Source of the DNA: Chiloscyllium plagiosum
Lineage: Eukaryota
Assembly: GCF_004010195.1 (NCBI RefSeq)
Contig: NC_057714.1
Span: 46,265,922-46,329,921 of the forward strand
Length of the DNA stretch: 64,000 bases
Reading direction: 5' to 3'
The translations under genes and the position numbers were made by a program. The notes beneath the pieces were generated by a model. It ran no database searches, was not told the DNA's origin, and saw only the letters and a program-made list of their open reading frames with translations. This document shows positions 14,115-28,020 of the stretch, one piece after another (position 1 is the first letter of the stretch; each line of letters opens with the position of its first letter).

Positions 14115-14818
14115 GTTGAAAAATATACCAGCCATGATTGAACGCAGGAGCAGATTCAACAGGCTGTATGGCCTAATTCTGCCCCTAGGGTCTTATGCTG
14201 CCAGACCTTGAGTTTCTCCAGTGCTTTCTGTTTATACTTATGCTTGAAGGAGTTGCACAAACATGCATAAAAATAACATTCATTTCAGAAGCAAAAAAAC
14301 CAGAAAAACTACGGAATATAATTTATCAATACTTACAACTGAATAAACAAAATGTACGTAGAAGCAAATTATTTCTAATATCACCATTTGGACAAATACT
14401 TTCTTGATTTTTGGATTACATACAAGACAAAATGACACGGCGAGAAAAAAGAACTCATTCCACCTTTCAAGTAGTACTGAGCACATAACTCTAATAGTTT
14501 CTTGAATGGATTCCTTCACAAATAGGATTCAAACCTTTGCACACTAAAATCTCTTCGTAAGGGATGCATTCGCATAGAATGTCAAAATTGATGATTTTCA
14601 AAGAGCAAAATTACCCAACTACATTTGCACAGTGCAGATTTACCCTCAGAAAACTGTGCAAGGGCAAACGAGTCCTAGTGGATTAAAAGATTCCCAGTAT
14701 GAATTGCACATATGAGCAAATTGGTGATGGGCAACATACAAATGTTGTGCAACTTTACTGTATCTAGAAAAGAAATACTGTATCAGGAAATGAATGCAAT
14801 TGACAAGATTGTATCTAC

Positions 14819-14988
14819 CTCGGTCACTGTAATCATCCACAAGGATGAGCTCCTTTAACAGAATATCAGGTGAAGTATCAAGAACACTGTGGACCGTCCT
14901 CAGGAGTGTTGACCAGGCCTCATTATAAAACGCTATTACCACTGAAGTGGTAGGAAGGTTTCGATAATCGTACTTTTTCTCTCTACAC
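14819..14988 (-). CDS. GALNT12: GALNT12 coding exon 2 (GT-A catalytic domain)
   Basis: Acceptor tttacattatag|G completes the Leu codon from exon 1. Encodes [56 protein letters not shown]. Donor G|gtagat; 170 nt, phase 2 to phase 1. Confidence 0.95.
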
Positions 14989-15696
14989 CTATAATGTAAA
15001 CATTAAAAATAGTATCATGTACATTTGCAGTTGAATTACAACATATTGCATACATTTGGCACATTCATTGCATTTACTTTACACAATGTGAACATTTTGA
15101 AGGCAAGCATTCTCCCAGTAAAAACAAGTTGTTACCATGCACCCTTTTCCAAAAAGGAGTGTGAAATACTTCAATATTCTTTGAATATCTTTGGCTGAAA
15201 GAAATCTGTTCAAGTGTAATCGCTAAACAATAATACCTTAATAACCCTGAAGACAATTTAAAGGAATTCACAATTGTGAGCGCATTATCGTTTTCATTCA
15301 TTCAGTCATTTCTACTTATTTCTGTACCAATTTATCGCGTGCAAACTGAACTCAGATGATTCTTAAAATTGCAATGACGTGATGTGAACTCCTATTGTCT
15401 CAAGTATTAGTCCAGGCATCAGAATATATAACCACTCAGCTATCATACATTCAAGCACAATTTTTTTTAAATCTTAAGCTATTTTATCCCAAATGTAATT
15501 GAGCCGAACAAAAATTTAATTTTGTTCTGCCTTAATTTAGTGCTCTGGATTTTGTGCACACTGCTGGTACTGAAGAGATCTGTGAAATATATGATGCTAC
15601 TTATATTTCCCAATGTCTACCTTAGTTCTGGAGCCAGCTTAAAAGGATCTCTGCAATCATACCACTTTGAAGTCATTGAATAGGTTAAGCAGCCAG

Positions 15697-15913
15697 GGAG
15701 AAAGTGAGGACTGCAGATGCTGGAGATCAAAGTTGAAAATTGTGGTGCTGGAAAAGCACAGCAGGTCAGGCAGCATCTGAGGAGCAGGAAAGTCGACTTT
15801 TCAGGCATAAGTCCTTCAGGAATGAAGGGGGGTTTATGCCCCAAACATCAACTGTCTTGCTTCACGGATGCTGCCTGACCTGCTATGCTTTTCCAGTGCC
15901 ACACCTTTTGACG
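15697..15913. mobile_element. Fold-back Penelope-derived short element (opposite orientation)
   Basis: Inverted arms GTGCTGGAAAAGCACAGCAGGTCAGGCAGCATC. Exact 15-bp TSD AGGTTAAGCAGCCAG at 15682-15696 and 15914-15928. Confidence 0.8.
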
Positions 15914-16721
15914 AGGTTAAGCAGCCAGTCACACACTAAAATAATCCACACAAAGATCAAAACTTGAGGTAATGTACAATAAAGCAGCACATAAGCCTCA
16001 TCATTCACTTTTGTAATTTTACAAAATGCTAAATAAAGATTGCAAAATAACTGGCAATAGAGTAAAAGCTGAAATATCAAATCTTAAAAAAATTGCTTTT
16101 ACAATTATGGTCTTTGTTTTTTTTAAACAAAGTGTGGGATGCAGAAATGTGGCATTCTATATATTAACCTTTCTGGCCCAGAAAACTAATCAACAGTGAT
16201 TATGAATTAGCACACCATTAGTAAGATCCTCCAACTCCAAGAATTCTAAGGGTGATAATGTAAAAAGTGGAAGGTCATGTTCAGTGATATCTAATTGATT
16301 TTTATCTTCAACAGCAAATTCTTGGAGAGTGAGAAGTCACTGACAGTGACTTTGATTTTCTTCATTGAACTGGATATGTGCAAAAGCCTGAAGTTTCACA
16401 GTATTAATGAAGATTGCATCCAGTTTTGCAACAAAATTAAAATCCAGTTTATTATCTCAACCAATTACTTATCCCAACAACATCCAGGTAACGAGAAAAT
16501 TTATCAATGAGAAAAAATCCTGCATGGTAAAACCTTCACCCTTATCTTCGAAGTGACTGAAGCCTTTAATTTGATTTTAAATGACTGCATACCACAAATT
16601 ACATTTACAAGGTCCTAACAGAATAGTAATCTCTACAGTACAGTGGATTTAAAACATGAAAACGTTACCTACTTGGGAATTACTGTGGTTATGGAGAGGG
16701 TTCGACACAGATTTATATTCA

Positions 16722-16862
16722 GGGGGCAAGTGAGGACTGCAGGTGCTGGAGATTAGCATCAAGGAGTGTTGTGCTGGAAAAGCTAGGGCTTATGCCTGAA
16801 ACTTCGATTTTACTGCTCCTCGGATGTTGCCTGACCCGCTGTGCGTTTCCAACAACACACAC
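16722..16862. mobile_element. Fold-back Penelope-derived short element, internally deleted
   Basis: Same family sequence. 20-bp TSD TCGACACAGATTTmTATTCA at 16702-16721 and 16863-16882. Confidence 0.75.
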
Positions 16863-19800
16863 TCGACACAGATTTCTATTCATTTCTCGCTGATTTCATG
16901 ACTGCATTTTGTACCTACCATCTCTGGTTTGAGAAACTTGTTTAATTAAAATATTTCCATGAGTGCTCCTATAAAATTTCCCTGACCTTCAGAGTGCCTG
17001 ATCCTCGTAGACAGCCCCTTCTAAACCTATAACTACTTCCAGCTAGAAGGACAAGGGCAGCAGATACTTGGGTACACCACCACCCAGAAATTCCCCTCCA
17101 AGCCACTCACCATCCTGATTTGGAAATATATCACCATTCCTTCACAGTTGCTGGCGAAAATTCTGGAATTCCCTCCCTAATTGCAATGTGGATCAAACTA
17201 CAGCATGTAGATTGCAGCAGTTCAAGAAGGCAGCTCACCCCCACCTTCAAGGGAGATTAGGAACGGGCAAGCCAACAACACCCATGTCCCACAAGTGAAT
17301 AAGAAGAAATCTAGATCTGACACCCTCATCAGTCTCATGAAGTTCAATGTTCCTCTCCCCAATCCATTCAGTTTCTCAGAATTCAGCCTTAATATCTTGA
17401 GACTGAAATACTTGATCTTTGTTACATGGGACCTCACTATTACTAGGTATGCAATGAATACAGTCACAGACTGACTCGTACTGCACAGGTTTATCCATTG
17501 TAGTTGACTCAGGGCTCTTCAAGAGGGTCATAACAGTTAAAGCTCAAAAATAAAGAACATTGGCTTTTTTTACTAAAAAGCAGAAATCAACTTAAATCCA
17601 TTTCAGTTTCAGGTGAAAATTAAAATGTAGAAATACCACTATTTCCCAATTCTACCATTGTCTAGCACTAATGCACTGTTGAACAAAAGAACATTCCCAG
17701 AGCGCTCTCACATGAGAAAATTGCGTTCTCAATGAGAACGTAGTCCATCCAGGTCATTGGCAGTGCTGTCAGAACTCTCTAAAACAGTCATGTATCCCAA
17801 TCTCCCAGCGCTACAAAACTAAAACTCTCTCACAATTTCAAACCCAAAATGATGGCAAACTTCCATATCCTAACAGTACTCTTCCCAACAACCCTCCATA
17901 TTCACATCTCTCCATAAATAATACTTCAACTGCCTTCCACTTGAAACAATTTTCACCATCTTGATATAGATTCTGGGCTTTAAAATAAATATATTCTACA
18001 CAAACAGGTTAATCAATGTACACAAAAATAAGCACTTTTAAACTGAATTGTAAAAGCTTAACACACAGTAATTTACCAAAAACAAAATGACACTAACATT
18101 TTAAATCAGTACTCCCAACAATACTGTCCTCAAACCTACCTAAGATTAACTATTCATAATTGATTTCTTCTTGATCTGAAGAAGTTGATGGTTTTTTACA
18201 ATCCTTCAGAGTTAATAATTTAGCTCCAACTCAAAGTAAAAACATCTCTCTGCACCGCCATTACTATAAAGATTGCAGACAGCAATATCACCAGTTCTTT
18301 CGCTAAACCTAATTTGCTGTTTTAAGATCTCACCTTTCAAGTCGTTAACCTCAAATCAACATGGTGCCAAGCCTTTTAACTAAGTCCAAGCTTGGTTTAA
18401 TTGCATTTATAAAATTTAATGGCAGAAAATTGTAAGTCCTAACATTACCAAAAATGAAATCGTCATAAGGTTACATGAAATACCTAGTCTACAAATGATT
18501 AATATGAAAGACGACTCAGTGGTACTAATGAAAATTGGAGCAGGATTACATGGTAAATATCGCACAAACCAAACCAATGGCACAACCTCAACTTCTAAAC
18601 AAACCAACAGTGGTCACGGTTTCCTCTTTGGCAATTGAATGCAGCAGTCAGCTATTTACTTATGAAAAAGTTTGAAGAGCTTCTGGTTTTCTCTGTTCTG
18701 CAAACAAAAATCAGGTTCTATCACCAACAAACCTGCAAGGTGAAGTGTAACTTATTGGTCATTTCTCCTTGGCATCTCGCAGTTAAAGTTTGATTCTTTT
18801 TACAGTTTTTAGTTGTTTTCATTCATAGTTGGTTGTCAAAGCAGAACTAAACTACCAATATTCTATTGCAAACTGCAAATTCAGTATCATTCAACTAACC
18901 ATCACTCAATCCCTACTACCCACATCCCGCGGGCTACCATTAGCCAAAAACTGAACTAAGTTAACCATGTAAGTACAGTGGCTACAGAAACAGATCAGAG
19001 GCTAGGGATCCTGCAACAAGTAACTCACTTTTTAACTTCCCATTACCTGTGCATCTATAAAGCACAAGTTCAGGAGTTTGATGAAATACCCCACCACTCG
19101 CCTAGAGGAGTGCAGTTCCACCAATACTAACTCGACTTATTACCATCCAGGGCAATGCAGCTAGCTTGTTTGACACCACATTTATAAACATTCACCCTCA
19201 ACGACCAGTACACAGTAGCAGAGTGCATTCTGTACAGGATACACTGCAGAAATTCACCAAGTCTCCTGAGACAGCATTTTAAAATCCATGACCACCACCA
19301 TCTCAAAAAATCAAGGGCAACATATGTGGGACACTATTACCTTCAACTTCCTATCCAAGTCATGTATCATCCTGGTTTGGAAAGTTATCACCGTTCCTTC
19401 ACTGTTGCGGAGTCAAAATCCTGCAACTCTCTTCAGAGCATTGTGAATGTACCTACATCAGATGGACTGCATAGCCCAAGAACATACCTCACTATCAGCT
19501 TCTCAAGGGCATTTAGAAAAATTTACATTCCAACCCAGGCAGCAAATCCTACATCCCCGGAATAATACTTTTAAAAATGGAGGAGCGTGTTGTCAAGTAA
19601 CTGAAATAAAACCATGAGTTTAATTTTGAGACCACACTGTTCCACTTCCACAATTTAAAGGGAGGCCATTAGCACATCATATTGGAGTCCGTTCTTTCGA
19701 AGAGCTTTAAGCTTCTAAGAGAGTTCTTGTAGGTTTTTGCATTTAATAATGCTAAGGGGGCCAGAACAGATACATTAACTACTTCGGCCAGTTTGAAGCA

Positions 19801-21959
19801 TTTCAGGAAAGGGGACACAGTCTTAACCTTAAGAGCCTAACCTCCAACAGTAAAATTAGGAGACAGCACCAGACACACACAGGGTGACAAAAGTTTTGAA
19901 CTTTCCTCCACAAATAGTAATTAATGTTAGAGCTGTTGATAATTCTAAGCCTGAAATTTGCACGATCTAATTTACTGGTGAAACAAGGAAAAAATAGCTT
20001 ACTATGTTATAGGGAGATTATTATTCGAAATGTATAACTGTAGTTGGGTAAAGAAAGAAGGGGATCTCAAAGTACAAATACAACAATCACGGAAGGTCAC
20101 ACCACAGACTACCAAGATGATTGGAATAAAGCATGCCACACATGAAAGTTCATTTCCAAAAGGAAAGCATTGCAAATTAGGGAAATTATGCTGTTTCCAT
20201 CCCTGGTTAAGCCGCACTTACGAGTATGTACAGTTGCTGGTTCCCATATCAGTAAAAACACCAGAAAGGGTACAGACAAGATTTACAAGGACAATAGCAG
20301 AAATGCATGGGTAAACATATCAGGAAAAGACTAACAGGATAGGATTTTATTCACTTAGAAAAAGACCAAAGAATAACTTAATAGAGGTGTTTACAATCAT
20401 GAAAGGTTTTGATAAAATTCCAAACAATGACAATGTTTCTTCTTGTGGGAAATAACTTAAGCAACGTCTGAAGCAAAGGAAATCTACCATCATTACAAGA
20501 GACTCACAGCAATACGGTTGACCTGTAATTGCCCTCTAGTTAATTAGAAGTTGGTAATATATTCTGAACTAGTCCAGACCCCAAGTGGCAGTGACTGACA
20601 CCATAACAGGTGTTCCCTTTTTTTTAAAAAAAACACCACCACTGCCATCCACCTCAAACGCCCAAATCTTCCATTCCCACCTTCCTATTCTCAGAGGGCT
20701 CATGGCAATCCTCACACTTCAAAATAGGATCAGAATGGGAAAACATTTGGGAAGCTCTGTTTTAAGGGATAGAAGTATTCGCCTTAAACAGCTACACGGC
20801 GCACAATGAACTTGTACAGCAGATTCCTTATTTTGTGAAGTGGTTGAACTAATCAGCTTACCACCATTACTAAAGGCAAAAGCAAGTTATGCATTGCAAG
20901 TTCAACACTTAAGACATACTTAGTATGTACATCAAATTTACAATGAACATGTTTTCAGTTGTTATCTCCCTTTGCCAAAGTTCATTTTCTTGAACTTGCA
21001 GACTTGTATTACTCCATTCAGTAAACTGAACATTTTTTATGAAGACTTGCTTTGCTCCAACTCTGAACAAAAGCTTAACTCTGCATTCAGAGATGGTATC
21101 AGCAGAAACCACGCAAAGGGCCAGGGGAGGTTGGTCCGCACAAACATTACTTTTTAAAAATCAAACCCACTCCAAGTACAGTCAGATAAACCAGGTTCAC
21201 GCAAGAGTAAAATGCCCTCTTTTAGAGTAAATTGCTGTGAAGAGTTTTTTTTGTTTACACTCTGTTATTTTTCAATAATTAAAAGTGACTGGGCTGGCAA
21301 GTTAAAAGTGCACTGCTGCCCTCCAGTGTTATTTTGAAAGATGAGTAAATTTCAAGCGTTCCGCAACAGCGAAGTAAAAAGAACGACAGAGACAAACTTG
21401 TATGTTTATTAGGAGAACCAACTGAAAATTAAATTACTAAGACCAGGTTTCAAAAATATCTCATAACAAATACATCAATACACAATCTACTTAAGAATGT
21501 AAACAGAAGAAATGCAAAAGGCAAAGAAAACACTCAATTTAAATAGTTAATGTGACTTTTCTTTAATAGCATCAAAATTAAGTGGCCAGAAGAGCAAAAA
21601 GACTTGGTTAAAAGGTTTACTAAATGCAGGACCTTGCTTTAAGTAATTCATTTATTGTATTGCCTTTACAACAGCAAAAGCACCTCAAAAATAATAGAAA
21701 ATACAAATTGATAGGTTAGCAAAAAACACATTGGCTCTTTTAGCCTGCCTGAAACAAGCTTAAGAAATGGGTGCAAAAATAGCCAACTGCAGCCTTTCAA
21801 GGCTTCTCCAACTATTCACAGAGACATGGTTGAACTTCAGAATTATTTTTATTCACTTGTGAAATGTGGGCACCACTGGCTGGCCAGCATTTATTGCCTG
21901 TTCCTATTTGTCCTTGAGAAGGTTATGAATCTTATTATGTGAATATAATTCTATAACTC

Positions 21960-22300
21960 TGCAAGTACAAATTCATCTCACAAACGTATATGCGTGCGTG
22001 TGCGTATAGTGCAATGGTCATGATTCGGATATGGATACCAAACTTAGCTTTCATAGGGAGGGCCTCAACCCGGACCTTGGGTTCATGTCACCCTACAGGT
22101 GACCACCATTGCACTATACACACACACGCAGACAGGCAGACAGACAGACACACACATCTATACACAGACATGCGCAGAGACATTCACACACATTCCTACA
22201 GACATACACACTCCCACATGCACCTTCTCAGACTTAAACCCCTTTACTCTGACACACACACATACATACACTCTCTCTCACAGAACTCTCAACCAAGGGC
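21960..22300 (+). mobile_element. Penelope-like element 3' fragment with a short inverted 5' segment and a CA-rich tail
   Basis: 22052-22102 reads HREGLNPDLGFMSPYR*, like the GLN-motif end of Penelope GIY-YIG ORFs. Upstream TATAGTGCAATGGTCA is the inverse of downstream TGACCACCATTGCACTATA. Confidence 0.6.
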
Positions 22301-23299
22301 AAACCACTGTGCTATCATGCCACCCCTTTAAATAATTAAAGGTAGTAGGGTAGGTTTTGAGGAAAGAGTCAGAAAGGCATTTGGGATCCTGAATTTTCTA
22401 AATTGAGGCTTGTAGTGGCAAGGAAGTTGTGATTCACCATTATAAATAGATTTTACACTAACTGGACATTACACTCTTGTGAAATATTAGACGGGATGCA
22501 TTAAGAATTTACAAGAATTGCTTCCAAGATAAAGGGGCTTCACTTATGCAGAGAAAATAGAGAAGCTGGAGCTCTAAGAGATTTCATCAAGGTCTTCAAA
22601 ATCATGAGAAGTCTAGACAGCGTTGACAGAGCAACTATGTCCATTGGTAAAAGTTTGAAGAATCCAAAGATGCCAGTATAAGGTGAAAGACAAAAAAAAA
22701 ACCAACAGGCAACAGGAGGAATCTGGAATTCATTCCTTGTATATGCAGAAGCAAATTCAATCATGGTTTTCAAGGGGGAAACTGAAAGAGCAAAACAAAA
22801 GGGCTACAGAGAAATAACGGAGAAGAGATACTAGCTGATTTGGTCTGAAAAGAGAGCCAACACAGATACAATGGGGTGAATAGTCTCTTTGTATTGTAAT
22901 AATTCTGTGTATTGTGTCCATGTTTACTGACAACGCAAAATTAGACAGATTAATATACCATAACAATGTCAGACGTTGCAAGAAGATACAGATTAGTGAA
23001 ATGATTGGGCAAGAAAACTGCTAAAGTGGGAAAGTGATCATTTTAGTAGGAAAAATCAAAACTATTTTAAAATAAAAAAAGGTGCTAGTTAACTTTTGAC
23101 ATTAAGACCTAATAAACAAACAGGGGATTAGGAAGGCAAATAGCACTTTAGATTTTATTGCAAGGGTATTGAATGTGACAGTAAATAAGTCTTGCTGGAA
23201 ATTTTAGTGCTTTGGTGGGAGTCATACTAGACTTATTGTGTACAACTAGGTTCTCCTTACTGTGAAGAGGTATATATCGTTTGTGCAGCTAGATTGAGA

Positions 23300-26000
23300 T
23301 TACATTTCACCATGTGCGAGGTTTGCTGCAGCCTCCCTTTTAAATATTCCATCTACAGAACCTGCTGGTAGATAACATGGTAGATGAAAAATATCGCTCC
23401 TGGTTTCACAAGAAACACCTCTAGTTCTGATCACGTAGTAGTGACTATTTGCATGTCAGCATCGGGATACAAATTACATTAATATGATAGACAGTTTAAG
23501 AGATATTTGGAGGAAGTCCTGGATGCAGGATCTTATTCCATTGAGATCTTAAACTATACTGTCCACAAGTTATGACATCACCACAATGGGTGGTACTTCA
23601 GCCACTAACTCTTCAGACTTTTATACTCTTACATGGGCAACAATGCAGCATTGTCCCCATGCTTGGTTTCCATTATTAATATCAAATATTTGTCTATATT
23701 ATATTCATTACCTCCACATCTCACTTGCCGTCTCCTAATGCACGGACTCAGCTAGTTAGGAAGTTTCACTATTATCGGCACGGTGGTTCAGTGGTTAGCA
23801 CTGCTGCCTCACAGTGCCAAGGACCTGGGTTCAATTCCTGTCTCAGGCGATTGCCTGTTTGGTTGCCCGTGCCTGCGTGGGTTTCCTCTGGGTGCTCCGC
23901 TTTCCTCCCACAATCCAAAGATGCGCAGGTTAGGTGAATTGGCCATGCTAAATTGCCCATATAGTGTTAGGGGCATTAGTCGGGGTAAATTTAGGTAGGG
24001 TAATGGGTCTGGATGGGTTATTCTTCGGCGGGTCAGTGTGGACGTTGGGCCGAAGGGTCTGTTTCCATACTGTAAGAAATCTAATCTGAATATATTCTCT
24101 TTGAACCTGGAAGATTGATAGCTTTCCAAGTTGAAGACTGTTGACTTTCTCTCCTAATAGCACTCTGCCTGCAAGTCCCTTTATCTGGAGCATCATTGAT
24201 CTCTCGGATTTTCTTTGTAGAGAACATCTCACTTGTTGAAAAAGAGAATTTTTTTCATTGCAGTATCCTAAACCTGTGGTCACCCCTTCCTCATGATGGT
24301 TTTCATAAGCTGTAAGCATCCCATTTATGTTGGCAGACATATATCCGCAAGTTGCCAATAAATCTGCACTGATGTATGTAAATCTTTTTACTTCAGCTTG
24401 TTGACTGGTTTGGATGCTTTAATTTATTCTCAATTACTGCATTATTGGTAAAACCAACATGAACACCTCCTCATTTCTGCTTTTTGATGAGTGATTCTTG
24501 CTTAGTGTTATTTCTATCACTCGTACAGAGGATTCTTCCAGGGAAGATAAAGAAACTAAAATTCTGTCTGAACTGGTCTGTTGTGTCACCACTAGTACAA
24601 TGTATTCACCAAGCTGTACTGCACTGAGTAACATCAAGTGAAGATCTCTCAGAGCACGTGTAGTGTACTTAATGCGTTATCGGACTGCTAGTGTTGCTCA
24701 CAAACATCGATGAACTCATTTTAGTGTGATAGCAGTGGAAAACATTCCCACGATTCAATTTAGTTGCAGGTGTCTATCTTAATGACAGTATTAAATAAAT
24801 TTCTTCAGCCAACATTTCTTTCTCAACAGTTTCCTGTGTCTAGGTTCTACCATGAATCTGCAAGTTGCCCCTTGACAAATGATCCTGCTCCTAGTCCAAT
24901 TGTTTCTTGTCGTTAACTAGTTTACGTCTTGTCCTTCTATCATTGTAAGATGGAGGTGAGACATAAATTTATATTAGGAATTCTTGATTGTAAAATACAT
25001 CTAGGTTTTCTGCTACTTGTCATCCTCAAATGGAATAGCTTATAGCATTCTTGTACTCTTAAGTGCTTTACTTCCTCGTTGCACTGTTGTCAGGTGTAGA
25101 CAATGATTGTCAACCATTGCTTTTACTATTTTATATATGTTGACATTTGCCCCTGTATTGAATACGAAATGTGCGACATAGACTATTTGCATCGCTGACT
25201 ATCGTCAAAATGCTAAGTCTTGATCACCAAAAATTTCTAAAAATAATTTAGATTTTTGTTCTATTGAAGCCTCTTCTACTCCATCAAAATTCACGTTTGA
25301 CTTCTTCCTTTTCTGTGACTAAGTACAATTTTGGTACATTTCCTGAAAATCATCTATTATGAGACAGGTAAAGATGTTACTTTTAATAATTGAGCATTAC
25401 CTGGGCTTGAGGTTTCTTTGCTCCACAGTGCTGACAAGCATGTTTTGTCTCAAGCACCTGTACTACTCACTGCTTTAGCTTCTCATATACGTTATTTGTA
25501 GTTTGGTACCTTAAGACTAAACTGAAGCGGATCTCCTGCTCAAAGTTTACGCTCTCCTCTCAGTATTGATCGGTGCTTTCAGCCTACCATATCCCTCACC
25601 TTCTGAAAGGATTTCTCCAGTCAGATCTTCATATACAGTAATAAGTCTGACAAAGACTCATCAGTAATTCAACAATTCTCCCTCTCCTTAATTCTGTCTT
25701 TAAATCACCATGGTCACTTTTCTCTACTAATATATAGAGATCAGTAATGAAGTTACCTATTGTCTGTTACTAACCTTTTCTTCAAAACCTTGCTTTCAAG
25801 AATTTATTTTTGTTCTGAGCTTAAAGTAATTGTCAAATGTTTTTAGTGCTCCCAATTGTACATTGGAACACATTTATTTGTATCGCTTCTGATTTTCCAA
25901 TAAAAGTTTAAAGCTAATCAAAATCCCAAGAATTGTTTTCTCCAAGGCACTCAATACAGTTCTCCATTTGGCCTAGCTCTCAATATTATTTCTGATGCTA
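23300..26000 (-). mobile_element. Highly decayed Ty3/Gypsy gag-pol relic (outer boundaries uncertain)
   Basis: Hand translation of the minus strand at 25760-25620 gives IGNFITDLYILVEKSDHGDLKTELRRGRIV/ITDESLSDLL, matching the gag pattern FITDLY..AE.C.YG.LKEELIRDRIVVGI.D..LS..L. Zinc-knuckle-like CQHCG near 25430 and protease-like FVFNTGANV near 25160. Confidence 0.6.
23777..24088 (+). mobile_element. HE1-type shark SINE
   Basis: Head GGCACGGTGGTTCAGTGGTTAGCACTGCTGCCTCACAG...GGGTTCAATTCC (A and B boxes); tail ending ATCTAATCT. Confidence 0.88.
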
Positions 26001-26349
26001 TTCCTTCTTAATGAGATTGATTCCTTTTTATTATCTAAAAGGCTCCGTTTTATCATTAAATGCATGGTTATTGTTGTGCGACGTAGGAGGAGAGTTTTGC
26101 GTTGTGTGGCCAAATGTAGAATTTCAACTTTCCCACATCTAAAATTGAGATGCCCACCTTTTTCAGTTTCATGAACTCTCTCCTTGCATTCTAATAAATG
26201 ATTCTTTTTTTTGTTAGTGGCCTTACTGAATGTATCATGCTGTCTGTGCCTTTAAAAAAAGAAACTTATTTTAACACTGGTTTTATTAAATGACCCCCAC
26301 TCTTTGTAGCTTTGAGAAAGGACTCTTATTTCAAAAAGGAACTCCACAT

Positions 26350-28020
26350 TTTCTGTAAGCACATCAGTCGTAAAAGCATGACTTGAGGAGAAGGAAGGCT
26401 GATTAGGAACAAAATAGATGATTTACATATGGAGGCTGGAGCCATGGCTGAGGTGTTAAGTGAGTAATTTGAATCTTTTCTCACCTATGCAACAGGCGTT
26501 GCCCAGGCCAATGGTGACAAAGGAAGAAACTCAATCACTAGTAGGATTTAAAATTGATGACATGGTGGCATTGTATAAACTGTCAATACCTGGAGATCCT
26601 AAAGACACCAGGACTGGATGAGATGCATCTAAGAACAGTAAAGAAATTCAGTATGTAAACTGTACAAGCACTGGCAAGGGCTTTCAATTTTCTGCAGACT
26701 CAGGAGTGGTGGAGAACTGAACTTTGTTCAGAAAAGGTTGCAAAGACAAGCCCAGGCACAGACCAATTAGTTTAACATTGGTGTTGGGGAAAAAAATCTG
26801 GATAGGATTAAATAGTCACATGGAAAAATGTAGGTTAATTCAGAAAAGCCAACGTAAATACGTAAAGGGCTGTGGTTTCTGTGGTATATGGAATTCCAAA
26901 AAGGGTTTGATCCAATAGAACACAAGAGGCTTGAGGAAAGTTGTAGGTCATGGAATAAAAGAAATAGTAGCAACACAGTTTGTTAAGTGATAGGAGATAG
27001 AGTAACAATGATGGATTTTTTTGGGGGCTAGTGGAACGTTTGCTGTGGAGTTGCCAATTGACAGAATTGTAATCCTTATTTTTCTGATATATGCAAATGA
27101 TAAAGATCATGGCGTGCACAGGGACAACAAGCAGTTGAGATATCAAAAGCACAACCTCTAAGTAGGGTTGAGATTGCCTCAATTGAGGTGTTCAAGGCGG
27201 CATTGGATAATTATTTCAAAGTTTATAAACAATACAAACTTGAAGCACCACCAACGGGAGGACAACAGTGTTGAATTTCAAATGGACAATTCAAGTTATT
27301 GGATTTGCAGATTGATGACAGATGAAATCCAACATGAGAGGATGCATGCTTGTAAAAAGAACACAACCACATTAGAAAACAAAATAAAACAAAATAAAAG
27401 AGTATCCAGGCACAAACAGGTTGGGGTGTATTGCATGATGTTCAGGGTTTGAGAAAAAGGCAGGAAGTTAGCAGCAAGCTAAAATGTTCAGGCAGTGCAG
27501 ACACAATGGGCTAAACGGCCTCATTTTGAGCATGAGATTACGTGAAGTGTATTCTTTAGATCCCAAGTGCAGAAGGGGTTCATGGAGCATTGTTCCTGCA
27601 ATGAAACACTTCCATTATGAGGGATGTTGGGATTGCGTTTCTTGGTGAGAATTTCAAAAGGAGATTTGAAACGAAGTTTTCAAAGTCACAAGAGGTCTGG
27701 ACAGATTGGATTGGGTGAAACTGTTCCTGCTCATAATGGATTGAGAACTGGGGTGGGGGCACAATTTTAAAGTGGTTCACAACAGAAGTAATTTTGATGA
27801 GAGGAAACATTTTCATGAATAACAAGCAGTTGGGGTATGGAATGCACTACCTGGAAGTGGGGTTGATATTACCTCAAATCAGGCATTCAAGATGGCGTTG
27901 GATAATTATTTAATTAAAAACAATGTGCAGGGTTTTGGGAGAAAAGATGGATATTAGCACTGAGTTAAAAGGCTAGTGTAGACACAATGGGCTGAAAGAA
28001 CTCCTTCTGCAACGTAACAA
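26350..28020 (+). mobile_element. Old CR1 ORF2 and 3' fragments
   Basis: Relic FRKGCKDKP..RPISLTLVLGK and CR1-type 3' ends. Confidence 0.6.

Larger units (their letters stand above)
10430..14195 (+). mobile_element. Degenerate near full-length CR1 LINE hosting an HE1 SINE, a CR1 3' fragment (about 11290-11725) and a Penelope-derived palindrome
   Basis: ORF1 sequence parallels 840-1770. Endonuclease relic SEDIESVWVELKN, RT relic at about 12820-13200, and a CR1 3' end. Confidence 0.8.

Noticed and set aside
23777-23850. tRNA gene
   Set aside because: It is the tRNA-derived head of an HE1 SINE and continues into the SINE body and tail.
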